A program made the translations under genes and the position numbers. A model generated the notes under the pieces. That model made no database searches. It saw nothing but the letters and a program-made list of their open reading frames with translations, and was not told the DNA's origin. From a virus, in IMG/VR virus record IMGVR_UViG_3300030102_005560, positions 1 through 64,000 of that record: a stretch of DNA of 64,000 bases. One strand, given 5' to 3'. Of the stretch, positions 58,521 through 64,000 are shown in pieces (position 1 is the stretch's first letter; each line of letters starts with the position of its first letter).

Positions 58521-58745
58521 TCAACTTTCTCCGCCGCTGGTCATTCTAGGCAACAAGTTTCTCTTCTTTTTGAATACGGAGTCCTGCCAGAAGTGCCCGC
58601 ATTTCTTGCACTGCCACAGTTGTATTCTCTTCTTTATCGCAGTGGTATCCCCGTTGTGGTATCTAGCAGTGAGACGATGTGGGACGTGAGTGTGATTGCA
58701 GTTTCTACACTTCACTTCCAACCGCTTCATCAGTCGTCCCATCAC
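58521..58745 (-). CDS. Zn-ribbon protein (TFS/TFIIS C-terminal ribbon-like)
   Basis: CRNC…WQCKKCGHFWQD; start overlaps the chaperonin stop. Confidence 0.6.
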   Translation of the reverse strand: MMGRLMKRLEVKCRNCNHTHVPHRLTARYHNGDTTAIKKRIQLWQCKKCGHFWQDSVFKKKRNLLPRMTSGGES

Positions 58746-60238
58746 GCTCCTCTCTTTGCTATGACATCATCAATCTTGAGTATGGCCGTGGTGACTTCAG
58801 TGGCGCTCAGCACAGCCTGCCTGATGAGGGAGGATGGCTCTACGACGCCCGATTCATTCATTGACACTATGCCTTCGTTCTCCAAGTCCGGACCCATGTC
58901 TAGCGAGCCATCCTGAATAGCGTGTCTCAGGCTCAGTATGCAATCCAATGGGTCTTGTCCACCGTTCTCCGCTATAGTCGCAGGAATAATCTCCAGAGCC
59001 TCAGCGAATGCCTCTATCGCCATCTGTGCCCTTCCCTCTACGGTCGCTGCTTGGGAGCGCAGGTATGAGGCCATGGATGCGTATGCACTACCACCACCAG
59101 CGACTACGCCATCGCCGTTCATCACGAGTGAGACGACCCCCAATGCGTCATCGAAGCCACGCTCAATCTCATCTAGCGTCGTCGTTGTGGCACCGCGTAG
59201 CACGAGCGTGGATTGGTCTGAGTCCACCATGCCCTCTACGAATATGTAATCGACGTCGTAGTGCCTTTGCTTGTGCACCTTGCCTCTAGCAGCGCACTCG
59301 ACGTCCGAGGGCATCTGCGCTATCGGCAGACCCAGCGTGGACGAGAGGGCTTTCATGGTGCTCTCCGGTAGTCTCCTGACCACTGCGATGTCGTGCTTCT
59401 TGAGATAGGCACAGACGTGGTCAGAGGCACCATCCCTGACAAACACCACACCACCCTTGGGCAAGTGATTGGTGAGATTCTTAGCCTGTTCTAGCATGCT
59501 TTCCCTATCCGAGGACTTGAATGCGTTGTAGCCCTTCATATCCTGTAATTGGACCTGTACGTTCTGCTCTGTCTTCTCTGGCTCCAGTCCCATGTTGACC
59601 AGCAGTATGTCACACTCCATGTCCACCTCGTGCTCTATGACGTAGTCCTTGTTGACTATGGCACCGTTGAACAGATAGGAGTCCCTGAGCGAACCGCCCG
59701 GTAGACTGAGCACCCTCACCTTCTCTGCGTCTCCTGCCTTCTTGACTGCCTCCACGCAAAGTTGGGATACCGTCTCGGTCGCAGAGTCCAATGTCTTACC
59801 TGTAATAGCAGTCTTCGCTACTGACGTCAAGGTTTCATCCGAGGCGTCTCTGGACAATGAGTCCTTGAGATAATCAGTAGCCATGTGAGCGGCCTCGTTG
59901 TAACCCTTGCAGACGAGATTGGGATGCAAACCCCGATTCATCAGGTTCTCACTGTTGGTCAGTAGTTGTCCCGCTAATACCACCGTCGACGTGGTGCCAT
60001 CGTAGCACAGGCTCTCCTGCGTATGCGCACACTCGATTATCATCTTGGCGCCGGGGTGAGCAACGTCCAATTCCCTCAGTATGGTTGCTCCATCGTTGGT
60101 CACGATAGCGTTGCCGCCACCGTCTACCATCATCTTGTCCCTGCCGTTGGGCCCAAGCGTGCTCTTCACAGTGTGCACTATCGTCTTCACTGCGTTTATG
60201 TTCGTTCTCAATGCGTTTTCGTTTTCGTTTTCCGTCAT
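58742..60238 (-). CDS. ths: Group II chaperonin (thermosome subunit)
   Basis: STLGPNGRDKM, TNDGATIL, YDGTTS, ERGFDDA, GGG, LKIDD motifs. Confidence 0.95.
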   Translation of the reverse strand: MTENENENALRTNINAVKTIVHTVKSTLGPNGRDKMMVDGGGNAIVTNDGATILRELDVAHPGAKMIIECAHTQESLCYDGTTSTVVLAGQLLTNSENLMNRGLHPNLVCKGYNEAAHMATDYLKDSLSRDASDETLTSVAKTAITGKTLDSATETVSQLCVEAVKKAGDAEKVRVLSLPGGSLRDSYLFNGAIVNKDYVIEHEVDMECDILLVNMGLEPEKTEQNVQVQLQDMKGYNAFKSSDRESMLEQAKNLTNHLPKGGVVFVRDGASDHVCAYLKKHDIAVVRRLPESTMKALSSTLGLPIAQMPSDVECAARGKVHKQRHYDVDYIFVEGMVDSDQSTLVLRGATTTTLDEIERGFDDALGVVSLVMNGDGVVAGGGSAYASMASYLRSQAATVEGRAQMAIEAFAEALEIIPATIAENGGQDPLDCILSLRHAIQDGSLDMGPDLENEGIVSMNESGVVEPSSLIRQAVLSATEVTTAILKIDDVIAKRGA

Positions 60239-60239
60239 G

Positions 60240-60857
60240 CTACCATTCCACCTGTACTTCTACTATCTCCCCGGTTTCCAAGGAGCGTGATTTTATGATG
60301 CCGTTGTCTCTTCCCAACATGAAAAGGTCATAGGTCAATTGAGCGTCACTCAAGCAGTACTTGATGACCTCTTCGTACTTTCCCTCTGCCCAAGCCTTCG
60401 GTGCCTCTACGCTCTCCATGAGTTTGCTCTCATTGAGATTGTGCTTGGATAGGATGTTCAGGCTCGATTCCAGAGTGCCATGTGAGAGGGAGGCCTTCTG
60501 GAACATGGCCTTGGTGTCGAATACGGATTCGGTCTTCTGCATGACGTCTCCTATTGCCCAGCAATCCAGAGAGTCTCTCAGCACTGGGAAGTCGAAGTTG
60601 ATTATGTTGTGTCCCACTATCTTACCACCCTTCTCGACGAAATCGGATATGTGGTCTCCCAATGCTCTGGGGTGTAGGGGGTGGACCTCGATTCCCTCTA
60701 CTTCCACCTCTTGCTTAGAGAAGACAGTTGCCTTCTCACCATCCCACGTGGCAACCACTGATGGGTCGAAGAGGGCTTTGTTCTGCCACCCTCCTATCTC
60801 CCATGAGTAGTTGCTGGTTTCTATGTCCAGCGAGAGTATGTCGGTCATCTTACTCAA
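60240..60857 (-). CDS. DEDD / RNase H-fold 3'-5' exonuclease
   Basis: ExoI LSLDIET, ExoII GHNIINFDF, ExoIII YCLSD. Confidence 0.85.
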   Translation of the reverse strand: MSKMTDILSLDIETSNYSWEIGGWQNKALFDPSVVATWDGEKATVFSKQEVEVEGIEVHPLHPRALGDHISDFVEKGGKIVGHNIINFDFPVLRDSLDCWAIGDVMQKTESVFDTKAMFQKASLSHGTLESSLNILSKHNLNESKLMESVEAPKAWAEGKYEEVIKYCLSDAQLTYDLFMLGRDNGIIKSRSLETGEIVEVQVEW

Positions 60858-60864
60858 CTCCGAA

Positions 60865-62256
60865 TCATGCGTCGTCTCTCAGCCTCAGGAACACAACCTT
60901 GCCGTCCTTGCCTTGGTCGAACATGCTGCTTGCCCACTTGTTGAAGTGGTTATAGGCTGTTCCCCTAGTAACCTGATTCTGATTCATGTATGTGGACATT
61001 ATGTCAGAACGCTTTCTCCAATTGTCACCTCGACCACCTAGGTCGAATGGGTTGCAAGCATCGTGAGCGGCCAGCCACCTTGCTTTCTGGTTTGCCTTCT
61101 CTGCAATCTTTGCACCAATCTCAACCTCTCCTTCAAGCCACTCTATGAGGTTGTTGAACAGGTCATACAGAATCTCCTTTGCCATGTCCACGTGTTCGTC
61201 GGTCACGACCCAAGTGTCCTCCATCAGAGCGATGTGTGTGGATAGGATGACTGTGTAGTTCTCCATTGCCGGTATGAATGATGCTACGACCTCACCTATG
61301 CCCGGTCCTAGACCAGTGAGCAAGTCGTAGTAGTCCTCTATGGCAGTGTACATAGCGGGGTAGAACGAATCATTCGCGCTTAGCATGTCACCCATGGCAT
61401 CTTGGAGCAACTCCTCCTGTTCTGGTCTGGACATGTTGTCCCACTCGACGAACTTCGTCTCAGTGACTTCCAGTACCCTGTTCCTCATTCTCTTCTCTAG
61501 GTCTTTGAAATAGTCGGTGATTTCTTCGTAACTGACTTCCATCTTTGGTATCTTCTTGAAAGCAGATTCGGACCTCTTCATACTGACATTCATCCTCCTA
61601 CCCATGCTCCAATTGGACCAGTACAGTAGAACCCTCTGGAAGATACCCTTGGTGAGCACGTATTCCTTGACGCCTGATGGAGGGTATGTGGTAATCCACA
61701 GTGATACTAGAGATTCAGTCTCTATCCTACCTGCTTTGGTGTGCTTGACGAGGATGTTGTTGTTGCTTCCGACCGGGTTGCATGCTGATTGTAAGTAGAG
61801 CACTGTCTCCTGACTGTGCTTGTTGGGGTTGAGTATGATTGAGCCTTCATCGAAGTTGAGAGCCTTGCGTCCGTTCAGGAACCCCTCCTTCTCAACGACC
61901 TCTACGTTGCCATCAGCGTCCTTGGTCTCCTCGAAGCCACCAATCAAACCTGCATCGGTCCCTGTGGTGTACAGGTCAGTTGGTATATCTATGTCCTTCA
62001 GTATGTCACCAATGAACTCCCAAGCGATTGACTTGCCAGTCCTGCTCGATTGAATCCAGAAGGCATGAACCCTAGGGTCAAGGTGAGATGCGCCCCAAGG
62101 TATTCTGACATATGGTACCGCTAGTTGTCCTTGTATGAAAAAGAAGGATAACATACCGGGTATGTCGTTGTCTATCGATGTATTACCGAAGTGTTCTAGG
62201 TACCCTCTGAAAATAGGGTTCTTCTTTACTATTGCATATTGCTCTACTTGCTTCAT
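60865..62256 (-). CDS. MCM-like AAA+ ATPase (probable helicase)
   Basis: Walker A SSRTGKS, TDAGLIG, Walker B NFDEG, PS1-like TKAG, Arg finger FQR; helical C-terminus. Confidence 0.7.
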   Translation of the reverse strand: MKQVEQYAIVKKNPIFRGYLEHFGNTSIDNDIPGMLSFFFIQGQLAVPYVRIPWGASHLDPRVHAFWIQSSRTGKSIAWEFIGDILKDIDIPTDLYTTGTDAGLIGGFEETKDADGNVEVVEKEGFLNGRKALNFDEGSIILNPNKHSQETVLYLQSACNPVGSNNNILVKHTKAGRIETESLVSLWITTYPPSGVKEYVLTKGIFQRVLLYWSNWSMGRRMNVSMKRSESAFKKIPKMEVSYEEITDYFKDLEKRMRNRVLEVTETKFVEWDNMSRPEQEELLQDAMGDMLSANDSFYPAMYTAIEDYYDLLTGLGPGIGEVVASFIPAMENYTVILSTHIALMEDTWVVTDEHVDMAKEILYDLFNNLIEWLEGEVEIGAKIAEKANQKARWLAAHDACNPFDLGGRGDNWRKRSDIMSTYMNQNQVTRGTAYNHFNKWASSMFDQGKDGKVVFLRLRDDA

Positions 62257-62258
62257 AC

Positions 62259-62289
62259 CTGACCTGATTACTGGTCAGTATATTATAAT
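62259..62289 (-). promoter_or_regulatory. Putative TATA box plus palindromic operator upstream of the ATPase gene
   Basis: Minus strand ATTATAATATA about 24-33 nt upstream of ATG 62256; inverted repeat CTGACC-N8-GGTCAG at 62259-62278. Confidence 0.55.
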
Positions 62290-62306
62290 TCCTGTTATTC
62301 TAATAT

Positions 62307-63017
62307 CTATTCTATACGTTTGAACCTGCTTGCCTCTACGTGAACTGGGTTCTCGCTGGTCAAGACCTCGATGACCTTCTTCCTGCCCTTCTCGCCTAGT
62401 CCCTTCACCATCTTCAACGACTCGGGGTAGCACATCTCCTCTATTGACCCGCATTCCTTGAGAAGCCTGTCTGCCATTTGACTACCGATACCCGGCACGG
62501 TCAGTAGCATGTCCTTCCTGACGTCATTGGTGCTGACTCTCCTGATTGCCTTGGCACCGTGCGCGGATGCGGGCTTGTGCAGTTTGTTGTGCAGTTTGAC
62601 TATGAAGAGCGCTGCCTCGCTCAGGTTGGGCGTGAAGAACACCTGACAGTCGAAGTCGGACATTATCCTCGCAATCGTGCCTATCAGTTCGTTCTGCACT
62701 CTCGTGTAAGTGAGTTTCTTGCCGTTGTTCTTGCTCATGGCGATGTACTTGTCTATGCCGCCATGTATCAGGAGGAAGAAGCGCTCGTAGTTAGCGTCCA
62801 TGTTGTCCAGTTGCCTCCAGAGGTGACCGCTGTGACTGGACTGGAACAAGTCGCTGATGGACTTGGCCTCGATGCAAGCATTACCCAGCAAGTAGTCACC
62901 AACGACTAGGGTCCTCTTGCCCACTCTGAGACCGACTGACTCTGCCTTCCTTATCACCGAGTCATGCAGTGGTCCTCTCTCGTTGCTATCTATCACTAAA
63001 TCAGCCATTACGTTCAC
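62307..63017 (-). CDS. ERCC4/XPF-family structure-specific nuclease with (HhH)2
   Basis: VIDSNE, GDY, IEAKSISD; HhH motifs VPGIG and VKGLG. Confidence 0.9.
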   Translation of the reverse strand: MNVMADLVIDSNERGPLHDSVIRKAESVGLRVGKRTLVVGDYLLGNACIEAKSISDLFQSSHSGHLWRQLDNMDANYERFFLLIHGGIDKYIAMSKNNGKKLTYTRVQNELIGTIARIMSDFDCQVFFTPNLSEAALFIVKLHNKLHKPASAHGAKAIRRVSTNDVRKDMLLTVPGIGSQMADRLLKECGSIEEMCYPESLKMVKGLGEKGRKKVIEVLTSENPVHVEASRFKRIE

Positions 63018-63237
63018 GCTCCGCTATTCTTTTGTGGATACCACAGTACTTGTCACAACTGTAGTTCTTTCTCAGTTTGCATCTGCTACCGTCCCTCTTG
63101 GTGTAGATGCATCTGTCCTCGTGAGAGGGGTGCTTGTAGCACTTACCACATAGTTGGCTGAACACCGCCTTTTTCCTATTCCCATTTCGGGAGGACAGTT
63201 TAGCGTTGCACTCCTTACATCTGTTGGTGAACATCAA
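63001..63237 (-). CDS. Small Zn-finger protein
   Basis: CKEC…CGKC and C…TKRDGSRC…YCGIH. Confidence 0.65.
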   Translation of the reverse strand: MMFTNRCKECNAKLSSRNGNRKKAVFSQLCGKCYKHPSHEDRCIYTKRDGSRCKLRKNYSCDKYCGIHKRIAERERNG

Positions 63238-64000
63238 ATTCCCTCCGCTGTGCCATCATAGAATTCGCACTTACCCACGCACAGTCCTTCCTGCATGAGC
63301 GTCAGACAGTTAGCATGTTTATATCCACTGTGGCCATTGCTCCCCATCACTATGCTGGAGACCTGAGTGGTGGTTACATCTCTGTCCCAATCGACCCATC
63401 CCTGCTCCGAGAGTATGTCCACTATCTGCTTGACGTGCTCCTCTTTCTTCTCCATGGGTACGCTTTCCGGAGGGAAGAACCAGCGTAGCCTGTCCCCTAG
63501 ATATGAGGCGAGGTGGAATCTGGCTCTGTGAATCGGGTTGCCCTCCCCTAGTGCCGCTTGTGCTAGACACGGTAGAACCTTGATTTTATTCAGCGATATG
63601 GTTGGTAGGTCCTTCATCTTCTTCGTCCTCTTGAATCTGGAGGGCCTCTTCTCTGGGAGGACCAGATGAACATCCTTCTCCCCTATCTGGATGTAGCCAT
63701 TACGAGGCTCCTGCGCTAGGTCCAGAAGGTCATCATGGGAGAGCGTGAGTATCTCCTCGCTAGACAGGGGTATGCTCCAGCAGCCTCTTCTCATGTTGTA
63801 TGAGTTAGGCAGACGTATCATGCCCGCTAAGTCGAACGCGACTGTAGGGTCGTTACATGACAAGTCCAGATTCTTGTCCCAGTTCCGGATGAGGTTTCTA
63901 CCGCCTTGCTTTATCCTAGTTACCTCCAGACCATCAACGGGTGTGAAGGTCTCTGACAACGGCACGTAGATGTGATAGCCACCACCGCTGAACCAGACGT
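63234..64000 (-). CDS. Archaeo-eukaryotic primase, PriS-PriL fusion (5' end outside the window)
   Basis: The frame is open to the window edge: VWFSGGGYHIY (AEP motif II), DLAGMIRLPNS (motif III), then PriL Fe-S-type PCL…HRAR…NCLTL…GLCVGKC. Confidence 0.85.
   Translation of the reverse strand, partial: VWFSGGGYHIYVPLSETFTPVDGLEVTRIKQGGRNLIRNWDKNLDLSCNDPTVAFDLAGMIRLPNSYNMRRGCWSIPLSSEEILTLSHDDLLDLAQEPRNGYIQIGEKDVHLVLPEKRPSRFKRTKKMKDLPTISLNKIKVLPCLAQAALGEGNPIHRARFHLASYLGDRLRWFFPPESVPMEKKEEHVKQIVDILSEQGWVDWDRDVTTTQVSSIVMGSNGHSGYKHANCLTLMQEGLCVGKCEFYDGTAEGI

Larger units (their letters stand above)
1..64000. mobile_element. Tailed archaeal virus genome segment (magrovirus-like Caudoviricetes): morphogenesis block plus convergent replication block
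   Basis: TerL-portal-protease-MCP-tail order on +; archaeal-type primase, MCM-like ATPase, XPF nuclease and group II chaperonin on -; GGTGA SD motifs before many genes; no host housekeeping genes. The taxonomic placement is inferred from gene content. Confidence 0.88.

Noticed and set aside
1-64000. tRNA/rRNA genes, integrase/att sites, alternative genetic code
   Set aside because: Intergenic gaps are too short and none was recognised; genes are intact under the standard code with all three stop codons used.

Overview
The window is about 64 kb of a tailed archaeal dsDNA virus (Caudoviricetes). It most resembles the Marine Group II / Poseidoniales-infecting 'magroviruses'; this is inferred from gene content and order, not from a database search. 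The + strand (8-58052) is one dense morphogenesis block. Head part: Pro/Gln/Met-rich putative internal head proteins, terminase large subunit, a LAGLIDADG-domain protein, a Zn-finger-containing portal, a 1728-aa protein with a degenerate ATP-dependent DNA-ligase domain, a prohead protease-scaffold and an HK97-type major capsid protein. Tail part: neck genes, tail tube, a tail chaperone with a -1 frameshift site, a short tape measure, a 6143-aa tail-tip protein, three tail-fibre-like proteins and a fibre chaperone. The - strand (58057-64000) is the end of a convergent replication block: fused PriS-PriL primase (runs off the window), Zn finger, ERCC4/XPF nuclease, MCM-like AAA+ ATPase, DEDD exonuclease, group II chaperonin, TFS-like Zn ribbon and small proteins. 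GGTGA Shine-Dalgarno motifs, TATA boxes and the archaeal-type enzymes point to an archaeal host. Most notable: (i) a shared hydrophobic-x-K/(A,S,G) motif across head-region proteins, suggesting a Lys-specific prohead maturation system with ligase-fold and LAGLIDADG cargo; (ii) a nested scaffold start and a second gene sharing the scaffold C-terminal motif; (iii) plug-and-socket modules linking the three tail fibres; (iv) nested 'Russian-doll' domains and an AT-rich island inside the giant tail gene. No tRNA, rRNA, CRISPR array, integrase or sheath gene was recognised.
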